Shown here: in pieces, positions 19,677-40,751 of the stretch
Layout: each line of letters begins with the position of its first letter
Numbering within the stretch: position 1 is the stretch's first letter
Assembly (NCBI RefSeq): GCF_009914755.1
Contig: NC_060943.1
Strand: one strand, 5' to 3'
DNA length: 64,000 nucleotides
DNA from: the human T2T-CHM13v2.0 reference genome, Homo sapiens
Notes under the pieces: model-generated
Seen by the model: the letters and a program-made list of their open reading frames with translations, nothing else
Told to the model about the DNA's origin: nothing
The model's database searches: none
Translations under genes and position numbers: made by a program

Positions 19677-21633
19677 GGAGAAGTGTCACTCCCTCTCCCT
19701 CTCCCTCTCCCCCCTCTCCCTTTCCCCACGGTCTCCCTCTCCCTCTCTTTCCACGGTCTCCCACTGATGCCGAGCCGAAGCTGGACTGTACTGCTGCCAT
19801 CTCGGCTCACTGCAGCCTCCCTGCCTGATTCTCCTGCCTCAGCCTGCCGAGTGCCTGTGATTGCAGGCGCGCGCCACCACGCCTGACTGGTTTTCGTATT
19901 TTTTTGGTGGAGACGGGGTTTCGCTGTGTTGGCCGGGCTGGTCTCCAGCTCCTAAGTGCGAGTGATCCGCCAGCCTCGGCCTCCAGAGGTGCCGGGATTG
20001 CAGACGGAGTCTGGTTCACTCAGTGCTCAATGGTGCCCAGGCTGGAGTGCAGTGGCGTGATCTCGGCTTGCTACAACCTCCACCTCCCAGCCGCCTGCCT
20101 TGGCCTCCCAAAGTGCCGAGATTGCAGCCTCTGCCCGGCCGCCACCCTGTCTGGGAAGTGAGGAGCGTCTCTGCCTGGCCGCCCATCGTCTGGGACGTGA
20201 GGAGCCCCTCTGCCTGGCTACCCAGTCTGGAAAGTGAGGAGCGTCTCTGCCTGGCCACCACCCCATCTAGGAAGTGAGGAGCGCCTCTTCCCGGCCGCGA
20301 CCCCATCTGGGAGGTGAGGAGCGTCTCTGCCCAGCCGCCCCGTCTGAGAAGTGAGGAGACCCTCCGCCTGGCAACCGCCCCATATGAGAAGTGAGGAGCC
20401 CCTCTGCCCAGCAGCCACCCCGTCTGGGAAATGAGGAGCGTCTCTGCCCGACAGCCACCCCACCCGGGAGGGAGGTGGGGGTCAGCCCCGCCAGGCCAGC
20501 CGCCCCGTCCGGGAGGGAGGTGGGGGGGGTCAGCCCCCCGCCCGGCCAGCCGCCCCGTCCGGGAGGTGAGGGGCGCCTCTGCCCGGCCACCCCTACTGGG
20601 AAGTGAGGAGCCCCTCTGCCCGGCCAGCCGCCCCGTCCAGGAGGGAGGTGGGGGGGTCAGCCCCCCACCCGGCCAGCCGCCCCGTCCGGGAGGGAGGTGG
20701 GGGGTTCAGCCCCCCGCCCGGCCAGCCGCTCCATCCGGGAGGGAGGTGGGGGGGTCAGCCCCCCGCCCGGCCAGCCGCCTCGGTCCGGGAGGTGAGGGGC
20801 GCCTCTGCCCGGCCACCCCTACTGGGAAGTGAGGAGCCCCTCTGCCCAGCCACCACCCCGTCTGGGAGGTGTACCCAATAGCTCATTGAGAACGGGCCAT
20901 GATGACAATGGCGGTTTGGTGGAATAGAAAGGGGGGAAAGGCGGGGAAAGGATTGAGAAATCGGATGGTTGCCATGTCTGTGTAGAAAGAGGTAGACACG
21001 GGAGACTTTTCATTTTGTTCTGTACTAAGAAAAATTCTTCTGCCTTGGGATCCTGTTGATCGGTGACCTTACCCCCAACCCTGTGCTCTCTGAAACATGT
21101 GCTGTGTCCACTCAGGGTTAAATGGATTAAGGGCGGTGCAAGATGTGCTTTGTTAAACAGATGCTTGAAGGCAGCATGCTGGTTAAGAGTCATCACCACT
21201 CCCTAATCTCAAGTACCCAGGGACACAAACACTGCGGAAGGCCGCAGGGTCCTCTGCCTAGGAAAACCAGAGACCCTTGTTCACTTGTTTATCTGCTGAC
21301 CCTCCCTCCACTATTGTCCTATGACCCTGCCAAATCCCCCTCTGCGAGAAACACCCAAGAATGATCAATAAAAAAATAAATAAAATAAATAAATAAATAA
21401 ATAGACTGGACACCCTACTACCCATACCCAGTTTAAGATACAGATTACAACCAACACCGTTAAAGCCCTTTTGCATGCCCTTCTCCATCCCAGCCCCCTC
21501 CTAAATTTTGTTTATAATGATCTCGCTTTTCTTCATAATTTTACCTCCAAAATATGCATCTGTAAACAATATGCTGTTTTTGCAAGCTTTTGAACATTAT
21601 ATAAAATAAATCATACTGCATGTAAAAAAAAAA
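19677..21633 (+). mobile_element. Full-length SVA retrotransposon (19689-21402) with 3' transduction (21403-21633), inserted into an Alu linker
   Basis: (CCCTCT)n hexamer at 19689, Alu-like domain, GC-rich VNTR (~20130-20870), SINE-R, AATAAA at 21367 and A-rich tail; TSD AAAAACTTTAAAAACA at 19661-19676 and 21634-21649. Confidence 0.95.
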
Positions 21634-21940
21634 AAAAACTTTAAAAACATTAGCAGGTCCTGTTGGCGTGTGCCTGTGGTCCCAGCTACTTGGTAGACTG
21701 AGGTTGGGAGGATTCACCTGAGTCCAGAAGTATGAGGCTGCAGTGAGCTATGCACCAGAGCCAAACAAGATAGCAGAATGTTCTGCAGACAATAGAAAAA
21801 GAAACAAATGAATTAATGCAATTGTTTATGATGAAAGTCACACCAAGATGAAAATTAAACAAGGCAAATGTTCTAGAGTGCCTGGGATATTAGCAAAGGT
21901 GTTCAGGGAAGGCTTCTCTCAGGGATGACATCTGAGCTGA

Positions 21941-22075
<135 letters not shown>

Positions 22076-23397
22076 TAGCTGGGACTACAGGCGCAGGCCA
22101 CCATGCCTGGCTAATTTTTGTATTTTTAGTTGAGACGGGGTTTCACCACGTTGGTCAGGCTGGTCTTGAACTCCTGACCTCAGGTGAGCCGCCCGCCTCC
22201 GCCTCCCAAAGTACTGGGATTACGGCCGTGAGCCACTCTGCCTGGCTTGACTCCAAGCAGAGTAAAGCAGAGGCTTTGTGGCTGGATTGAGCTTGATGTG
22301 TTTGGGGTGTGAAAAGCAGACCAGGGTAGGGAAGGAGATAAGGGGGGTCAGCAGGGGGGACGGGGAACCGCAGTTCAATTTAGGTTTCTCAGCCAAGCGC
22401 GGTGGTTCACACCTGTAATCTGAGGACTTTGGGAGGCTGACGCACATGGATCATTTGAGGTCAGGAGTTCGAGACCAGCCTGGCCAACATGGTGAAACCC
22501 CATCTCTACTAAAAATACAAAACTTATCTGGGCGTGATGGTGGGTGCCAGCTACTCAGGAGGTCGAGGCCCGAGAATCGCTTGAACCGGAGAGGCAGAGG
22601 CTTCAGTGAGCCGAGATCGCTTCACTGCACTCCAGCCTGGATGACAGAGTGAGACCCCGTCTCAAAAAAAAAAAAAAATTAGCTTTTTTGGGGATCTCTT
22701 AGAGTGAAGAATAGTGAAGAAGAGACAGTAGGTCACAGTGACGTGGGTGATACTGGAGCACCTGTTAGGGAGCTATTAACAATGAAGAAGGTGAAAAGCA
22801 GTTGCAATGGGGAGAAGTGAAGCTGATTAAACAAAGGGAGACAGGGAACACATCTAAGAGGACCCCGCCATCCCACGTCAGAGGCAGGGCAGGCAGGGGG
22901 TGCAGGGCAGCGTCCGGAGGAGTGAAGGAGTGGAGGAGTGGAGGAGTGGCTGCAGGGATGGTGGCAGCTGTTGTCCTGGCCCTTCTCCCCAGGGCGGGGG
23001 CAGGAGCTGCAGCCCTGGGGCAACCGGCCGGGCAGGGCCACCCACCTGACTCACAGCAGAAACTGGGACAGCAGCTGCCCTCCTACCTCCTCAATCCCAG
23101 CTGGAAATAAAAGTAAGATTCCAGACCTCTGGCCAACACCCTCTGAGCCCAAATGCCGGCTTTCCACCGTGAGGCCCTGCCTGCCAGCGCTGGCTGCCAT
23201 GTGGGCTTTCTGCTTTGCGGACCTGCAAGGTATTCTCCTAACTCTGTCACCTTCAACTCCCTCCCTCTGTCTTACTCCTGATTCTACAAAACTGGGAGTG
23301 TCTGTGTCCCCTTCTATCTCCCCATCGGACTGCAGTCCCCTCGAGGTTACAGAGGGCACAAAATTATTCTTATCTAGGGTACCCAGCATCAAGTTTA

Positions 23398-23568
<171 letters not shown>

Positions 23569-23670
23569 TCACGCCTGTAATCCCAGCACTTTGGGAGGCT
23601 GAGGCGGGTGGATCACCTGAGGTCGCGAGTTCGAGACTAGCCTGACCAACATGGAGAAACCCCGTCTCTA

Positions 23671-23914
<244 letters not shown>

Positions 23915-24238
23915 TTAAGTCCAGGAGTTCAAGACCAGCCTGGGCAACATAGGGAGACCCTGTCTCTACAAAAAATTTTAAAATTAGCCAGATGTGGTGA
24001 CATGCACCTCTAGTCCTAGCTACTTGGGAGGCTGAGGTGAGAGGATAGCTTGAGCCCAGAGGTTCAAGGCTGCAGTGAGCTCTGATCACACCACTGTGCT
24101 CCAGCCTGGGTGACAGAGCGAGACACTGACTCAAAACAAAAAAAGAGTCTACCGCTTACTGCTTGGTAAACTTCTTATACATCAAAATCCACTTCAGGAG
24201 TCTCTCTGAATCTGCTGTGATTTTTTTTTTTTTTTTGA

Positions 24239-24397
<159 letters not shown>

Positions 24398-25262
24398 TAA
24401 TAGAGACGGAGTTTCACTGTGTTGGTCAGGCTGGTCTCAAACCCCTGTCCTTAGGTGATCCACATGTCTTGGGCTCCCAAAGTGCTGGGATTGCAGGCAT
24501 GAGCCACCACAACACCTCGCCTGAATCTGCTGTGATTCGAAGGACTGCCCCGGGAAAAAAAAGAAAAAAACACTTCAAGTAGACTCCCATGTGGGAGGAC
24601 CTGAAGACTTCTCAGACTTCCATGGTCCCTGATCTAACACAGCAATAAATCATTCAAACTGAGCACTTTTTACACATTTTTGGACCCTTTCTGAGGACTT
24701 TCTGCACAAACCTAGGAGGTAGGTTATCATTATCCCCACTCTGCAGATGCCTCCAAAGCCCTCTACCTACCTCCTTTATCACCTCTTCATCTCTTGGTTC
24801 AATGTGTATTTAATGAGCACCTACTGTGTGTCAGGCACTATTCTAGACTTTGGGGATGAAGCAGTGGGCACCTCTTAGATAGTGACATTGAACTGAATGA
24901 TGAAAAAGAATCTGGCTTGAGAAGGTGTGGCAAAAAAGAGAAGTCCCAACATTACCAGCAATCTTCCTACTTCCACCATTTTGCCCATTCTTTTTCCTCT
25001 GCTGGAAATGCCTTTCCCCAGCTAACAAACTCCTACTTATCCTGCAAAGCCCAATTCCAATACCTGCTTCTCCTAGGAATGCTTTCCGGTCTGATCTCCA
25101 GGAAGAATCCACAACACCCTTCTCTGGGCTCCCACAATCTACTCCACAGGTGGCCAAAAAATGAATGAGGAGGTCTCAGTAGAAGTCGGCCACACCAGGC
25201 TGGAAGCTCTTCAAGGCCAAGACCCAGGCTAAGTCCTCTCTGGGACCCCTCTTCCAAGATGA

Positions 25263-25403
<141 letters not shown>

Positions 25404-25553
25404 TGAGTAGCTGGGACTACAGGTGCCCGTCACCTCGCCCGGCTAATTTTTTGTATTTTTAGTAGAGACGCGGTTTCACCGTGTTAGCCAGGATGGTTTC
25501 GATCTCCTGACCTCGTGATCCGCCCACCTCAGCCTCCCAAAGTGCTAAGATTA

Positions 25554-26000
<447 letters not shown>

Positions 26001-26003
26001 TCA

Positions 26004-33612
<7,609 letters not shown>

Positions 33613-33784
33613 GAGCTGGGCCTCCTCTCCAGAATCATGTGGAGGGGCCAGAGGCCTGCCAGACCCCCAGCTGGGCCCTGCTCACCCCTTGTTGCTGGGC
33701 TTGGAGGGGCCTCTTGAGGAACTTTTAATTTGCAGGGGTGCCCGCTATGGACGGGGCATTCCAGCTGAGACACTGTGATTTTAA

Positions 33785-33790
33785 ATTAAA
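33785..33790 (+). terminator. CLPP polyadenylation signal ATTAAA
   Basis: ~170 nt after the stop, followed by GT-rich sequence. Confidence 0.75.
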
Positions 33791-36021
33791 TCTTTGTGGT
33801 CTTTGCTCTGCGTCTGGGACACCCTCCCTTCTGCACCATGACAGCGTGTACACATCTGTGTTTCACAGGCCCCTTCTGCTTTTGTCCTGACCCCAAGAGG
33901 CAAGCCATGTCTTCCTTCAACAGATTCTCCTGATCATATCCTATATTCCAGGCAGTGTTCTTTTGTGAAGAAGACACAAGAAACCCTCCTCAAAAGAGCT
34001 CCATTCTTGTGGCAGTAGACAGTTACTAAAAAAAACAAAACAGGCCAGGCGCGCTGGCTCACGCCTGTAATCCCAGCACTTTGGGAGCCCGAGGCAGGCG
34101 GATCATGAGGTCAGGAGATCGAGAACATCCTGGCTAACATGGTGAAACCCCATTTCTACTAAAAATACAAAAATTAGCCGAGCGTGGTGCACCTGTAATC
34201 CCAGCTACTCCGGAGGCTGAGGCAGAAGAATTGCTTGAACTTAGGAGGTGGAGGTTGCAGTGAGCAGGATCACGCCACTGCCCTTTAGCCTGGGCAACAG
34301 AGCAAGGCTCTGTCTCAAAAAAAAAAAAAAACAAAAACAGGAAAGGTGGCATGCAAGTGTGAGGGTAAGCGTGTTACAGTTTTTTATGGGGTAATCAGGG
34401 AAGCCCTCACTGAGAAGGTGGTGGTTGAGCAAAGCCTCAAAGGAGGTGAGGGGTGGAGCCTGTGTCCAGGCAGAGGGCACAGCCAGTGCAAAGGCCCTGT
34501 GACAGGACTGTACCTGGCATGTGAGGACCTATGAGGAGGCCCGTGGCTGAGGGAAGGTGGAAGAGAGGAGATCAAAAAGTAGAGGTGAAAATTAGCCAGG
34601 CGTGATGGTGCACTTGAACCCGGGAGGCAGAGGTTGCAGTGAGCCAAGATCACGCCACTGCACTCCAGCCTGGGCAACAAAGCGAGATTCTGTCTCCAAA
34701 AAAAAAAAAGTGGAGGTGATTGAGAATAGATCATAAAAGGCCTGACATCTAAAAGGAGGGATGTGAACCATGGAGGGTTTTGAGAAGAGGAAGGAAAATA
34801 AGGATGACTATGACTCCTGAGGAGTGCACCATGAGCAGAAACTGGAGAGCAGTTAGGATAGTTGGAGTAATCTAGACGAAAGCTGATGGCAGCCCTGGCC
34901 GAGTGATGAGAAAAAGTCAGATTCTAGCTAGGTGGGATGTGACAGAGAGCAGTTTCCAGAAACTCCGAGCTGATGGCCCAAAGCAGGAAGATGGAGACCT
35001 GTCGCCTGAGATGGGAAGTGTAGGCAAAGGAACAGGCTTGGGGAGGGATCAGGAGTTGATTTTGGATATATTATACCTGATGTTTTGATATGTCCCTCGA
35101 CATCAGGGTCAAGAGGTTGAAATAAAAACGTAGGTGTCATCGGCCGGGCGCGGTGGCTCACGCCTGTAATCCCAGCACTCTGGGAGACCGAGGCGGGCGG
35201 ATCACGAGGTCAGGAGATCAAGACCATCCTGGCTAACAGTGAAACCCCGTGTCTACTAAAAATACAAAAAATTAGCTGGGCGTGGTGGCAGGCGCCTGTA
35301 GTCCCAGCTACTCGGGAGGCTGAGGCGGCAGAATGGCGTGAACCTGGGAAGCGGAGCTTGCAGTGAGCGGAGCTTGCAGTGAGCGGAGATCGCGCCACTG
35401 CACTCCAGCCTGGGCGACAAAGCGAGACTCTGTCTCAAAAAAAACAAAATGTAGGCGGCATCAGCATGTAGGCTCATTAACAGTCAGACTGAGACCTGGC
35501 TATTGGATTCGGCATTGTGGATGTCACTGGTGGCCTTAAATCAGGCCTTTTCTGGTGCTGTGGGAGCCAAAAGCCAGGCTGGAGTGGATCCAGAAAGGAT
35601 AGGAGGAAACATATCAGACATAGACAAGTCTTTCGAGGAATTACACTATCAAGGGGAGCAGAGGGTGGGGGGGCAGATGTAGCTGGAGGGAGAAATGGGG
35701 TCAATATTTTTCAAAATGCAAGCATTCGGGCCGGGGTCGGGGGGGCGCTACGCTCAGCAGTTACAGTGTTGCAGTTTGCATTATGCACATTTAAAATACA
35801 TACAAAAGTACCCAGAGCTTTGAGAGGCTGAGGGGAGAGGATCACCTGAGCCCAAGAGTTCCAGGCTGCAGTGAGCTATGATCGTGCCCTTGCACTCCAG
35901 CCTGGGCAATAGAGGGAGAAAATAATAAAATAAAGGCCGGGCATGGTGGCTCAGGCCTATAATCCCAGCACTTTGGGAGGCCGAGGCAGACGGGTCACCT
36001 GAGATCAGGAGTTTGAGATCA

Positions 36022-36583
<562 letters not shown>

Positions 36584-36800
36584 TCAAAAATAAACAAATA
36601 AAAATAAATATAAACAAAAGTAGAGAAAACAGGGTAATGAGACCCCACGTACTTATCACACCAATTCAACAATTAATTCACGGTCAAAGATGATTCTTCC
36701 CTACCCGCCCCCTCCCTGCCCCCACAGCCTGGATTTATGTGGAAGCAAATCCCAGAGATCTTTTTTCTGTAAATATTTTTTTTTCAGTTTGCGTTTGTAA

Positions 36801-37185
<385 letters not shown>

Positions 37186-37259
37186 TGATACCTCGCTCTG
37201 ACCTTTGACCATAAGCCCTAACTCTGGATAGCTGGCCCCACCACACACATAATCGTGGC

Positions 37260-37722
37260 CTTGACGTCAGTCCCCTGACCCCGGACCCTTATCTCGGCCT
37301 GACTGTACTCTGCCCTTAACCTCTAGCCCTAGTCGACTCCATAACCGTGGCCTTGGCCCCAGTCCCCCTGACTTCCGGACTTCAGACCAGATACTGCCCA
37401 TATCCCCTTATGAAGTCTTGGCCAGGCAACCCCTAGGGTGTACGTTTTCTAATGATTAAAGAGGCGGTGCTAAGCTGCAGACGGACTTGCGACTCAGCCA
37501 CTGGTGTAAGTCAGGCGGGAGGTGGCGCCCAATAAGCTCAAGAGAGGAGGCGGGTTCTGGAAAAAGGCCAATAGCCTGTGAAGGCGAGTCTAGCAGCAAC
37601 CAATAGCTATGAGCGAGAGGCGGGACTCTGAGGGAAGTCAATCGCTGCCGCAGGTACCGCCAATGGCTTTTGGCGGGGGCGTTCCCCAACCCTGCCCTCT
37701 CTCATGACCCCGCTCCGGGATT
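37260..37722 (+). promoter_or_regulatory. ALKBH7 promoter: CRE plus alternating GC boxes and CCAAT boxes
   Basis: TGACGTCA at 37262; CCAAT at 37529, 37568, 37600, 37660 with aggcggg-type motifs between them. Confidence 0.75.
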
Positions 37723-39875
37723 ATGGCCGGGACTGGGCTGCTGGCGCTGCGGACGCTGCCAGGGCCCAGCTGGGTGCGAGGCTCGGGCCCTTCCGTGCTG
37801 AGCCGCCTGCAGGACGCGGCCGTGGTGCGGCCTGGCTTCCTGAGCACGGCAGAGGAGGAGACGCTGAGCCGAGAACTGGAGCCCGAGCTGCGCCGCCGCC
37901 GCTACGAATACGATCACTGGGACGCGGTGAGACCGGCAGCGCCGGGGGCGAGGGACGGGGGCTCGTCGGGGGCGCGGCCTGGGGACGTGGAGCATCAGAT
38001 GGGGCGGGGACACGCTGGGGGCGGTACCTAGAGCGGGGATTTGGAGCGGGGACAGAGGAGACGAGCGCCGGGACCGGGCAGGGCCACACTGGGGGCGGTT
38101 ACAGTACCGTTTAGCGTGGGGGCGGGGCTACGGTGCTGGGGTTGTGGGGCCAGGGGGGTCGGGCGCAGGGATGGGGCGGGGCCACGCTGGGGCGGGGACA
38201 AAGGAGACAGCGCAGGGATGGGGCGGGGGCACTCTGGGGGCGGGACAGGAGGCGAGCGTAGGGACGGGGCGTGGCCACGCTGGGGGCGGGGACAGTGGGG
38301 ACCAGTGCTGGGATGGGGCGTGGCCACGCTTGGGGGCGGTTACAGCGCAGTCGAGCGTGGGGGTGGGGCCAGGGAGTCGGGTGTAGGGTTGGGGTGCGAT
38401 TACGCTGCTAGCAGTTACAGTGCAGAAGAACGTGGCGGCTGGGATTGGGGCGTGGTCAGGTCGTCGAGCGCATGGATGGGGCGGGGCCAAGCTTGGGGCG
38501 GGGTCCGTGGAGTCAAGCGCCGGGATGGGTTGGGGCCATGCTGTGGGGGGGACGGGGAAGTCGAGGTTTAGAGAGGGCAGAACCACGCTGGGGGCGGAGA
38601 TAGGGGAGACACATGCTGGGATGGGGCAGGGCCTTTTTGGGGTCGGTAGCTATTGCAGGGATTTGGGAGCTGGGCTATGGTGGGGGCTGGGCTGAAACTC
38701 TGGCTGTGGGAGGGGCGGGACCTGGGGGATGAGGACCTTGGGGTCAGGGAGAGCACTTTTGCGACCTGGGACCAAGGTTAGGGGCGGAAACGGATGTGGA
38801 GCCAGATGATGTTGAGAGACAGAGACAGGACACTTGGGTGGGGTCAAGTTGTAGGGAGATTCAGCCAATTGAATGCTGGGGCCGGGCCAGCATTGGGGAC
38901 CTGGAATTGTAGCCTCAGGGTGAGTACTAAGGACTGAGGTCACACCTAGGTAGGGCCATAGTTGAGGGGCTAGGGGAGTTTGAGTTGAGGGCAGGGTCAA
39001 GAGTCACATAGGGAAACCAGCCCCTTGCCGTTTTCTGCCCCTCCTTGCCTCAGTTTCCTTGTTCCCTCTGGGAGCTCCCAGGCTTAACCGAGCTCTCTGT
39101 GCAGGCCATCCACGGCTTCCGAGAGACAGAGAAGTCGCGCTGGTCAGAAGCCAGCCGGGCCATCCTGCAGCGCGTGCAGGCGGCCGCCTTTGGCCCCGGC
39201 CAGACCCTGCTCTCCTCCGTGCACGTGCTGGACCTGGAAGCCCGCGGCTACATCAAGCCCCACGTGGACAGCATCAAGGTGGGCAGAGGACGGTGCCTTG
39301 GCACTCCCAGCCAGGGGGTAGGCAGGCCCGGTTAGATCCTGACCCATCCCCACGCCTCTTTTGCAGTTCTGCGGGGCCACCATCGCCGGCCTGTCTCTCC
39401 TGTCTCCCAGCGTTATGCGGCTGGTGCACACCCAGGAGCCGGGGGAGTGGCTGGAACTCTTGCTGGAGCCGGGCTCCCTCTACATCCTTAGGTACCTCCA
39501 TCCAGGCAGCACCCACCCCTCCAAGAATGTGCCATCCGCCCACCCTGTGCCCTGGGTACTTTCCCTCAATCCAGCCCTCCCCGAAGACGCCTTTACCCCA
39601 GGGTCTGTGTGGGAGGCAGCAGGGGGCTGGAATCCAGGAGGCTGGAATCCAGGTCTGCCTGGAGCAGGGGCTGCCCTCCTTGCACCCAGTCACAGCCTGT
39701 TTCTTCCTGCAGGGGCTCAGCCCGTTATGACTTCTCCCATGAGATCCTTCGGGATGAAGAGTCCTTCTTTGGGGAACGCCGGATTCCCCGGGGCCGGCGC
39801 ATCTCCGTGATCTGCCGCTCCCTCCCTGAGGGCATGGGGCCAGGGGAGTCTGGACAGCCGCCCCCAGCCTGCTGA
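37723..39875 (+). CDS. ALKBH7: Mitochondrial Fe(II)/2-oxoglutarate dioxygenase AlkB homolog 7, 221 aa. Coding exons 37723-37926, 39105-39278, 39367-39491, 39713-39875
   Basis: [20 protein letters not shown]...YDHWDA|[10 protein letters not shown]...KPHVDSIK|[13 protein letters not shown]...YILR|[12 protein letters not shown]...RRISVICR; HxD motif at H121/D123; 666 nt; GT-AG introns; strong Kozak (attATGg). Confidence 0.98.
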
Positions 39876-39906
39876 CCCCCAGCTTTCTACAGACACCAGA
39901 TTTGTG

Positions 39907-39912
39907 AATAAA
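39907..39912 (+). terminator. ALKBH7 proximal poly(A) signal AATAAA (distal AATAAA at 40135-40140)
   Basis: 31 nt after the TGA. Confidence 0.7.
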
Positions 39913-40067
39913 GTTGGGGAATGGACAGCCTAACTGGGACATTGCAGTGGCTGCTTGCTGGGGCCGGGATTTGCAGGGGAACCCAGGATGGCACTGGCCC
40001 ATAGGGAGCTCCAGGTGTGGCTGGCTGGACACATGGTCAAAGTCACAAGGCCGGGAGAGTGGTGTCC

Positions 40068-40073
40068 TTTATT
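40068..40073 (-). terminator. PSPN poly(A) signal AATAAA
   Basis: TTTATT on + strand, ~120 nt past the PSPN stop. Confidence 0.7.
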
Positions 40074-40195
40074 GCACTCACTGCTGGTCGCCCCAGCCCA
40101 CTCCCCTCCTCGTTGTCTCTGCATCCAGGTCTCCAATAAATAAGTCAGCCGAGCTCCCCCAGCACTGCAGCTTCTGGGTGCCAGGCCGGGCACCC

Positions 40196-40751
40196 TCAGC
40201 CACCACAGCCGCAGGCAGCCGCCGAGAGCTGGGGCAGCCGCTGCCAGCGGTGGCGGTCATCGAGGAAGGCCACGTCGGTGTAGCGAGTGGGCCGGCAGCA
40301 GGGCCCGCCGTGGGCTCGGCCCTGGCCCTGCAGCCGGGCCAGCGCCAGGCCATGCTGGGTGCGGGCACCACGGGGGCAGCTGCCGGCGCAGTAGCGGAAG
40401 ATGACCTTCTCCTCTGAGGCGTAGCCCAGGCCTAGCTCTGCCACGGACAGGGTCAGGCTCCACAGCTGGCATGGACCAGACAGGGCTCGGCGCAGGCGGG
40501 CAAGGGGGCGGTGGGTGCCTGTGGGAGGGAAGGGCGCTGACAGTGAGCAGGGTCAGGGCTGGGGAAAGTTGGGAAGTCACAGAGGGTCCCTGGAAGTCCT
40601 TACCCAGCCAGGTCCCTCCAGCCTTTGCCACCTGTTCAGACGAGAACTCTCCATCGGCCACGGGAACCCCACGGGCATCGGGGCCCCAGCCCTGTCCCAG
40701 CTGCAGGGACAGGAGCAGCAGGGAGCCCAGCAGGAACTTCCCTACGGCCAT
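40196..40751 (-). CDS. PSPN: Persephin precursor (GDNF family neurotrophic factor), 156 aa. Coding exons 40751-40604 and 40518-40196; 85-nt intron
   Basis: Signal peptide MAVGKFLLGSLLLLSLQLGQG, RLRR furin site, cystine-knot motifs LGLGY, FRYCAGSC, CCRP, SAAACGC; 471 nt. Confidence 0.98.

Noticed and set aside
20016-21364. Several Pro/Gly-rich ORFs
   Set aside because: SVA VNTR and SINE-R sequence.
35351-35382. 16-bp tandem duplication inside an Alu
   Set aside because: Ordinary slippage event with no evident consequence.
39274-40417. Long antisense ORFs over ALKBH7 and PSPN (252 aa, 167 aa)
   Set aside because: Expected shadows of GC-rich coding sequence; they cross introns or UTRs without splice logic.
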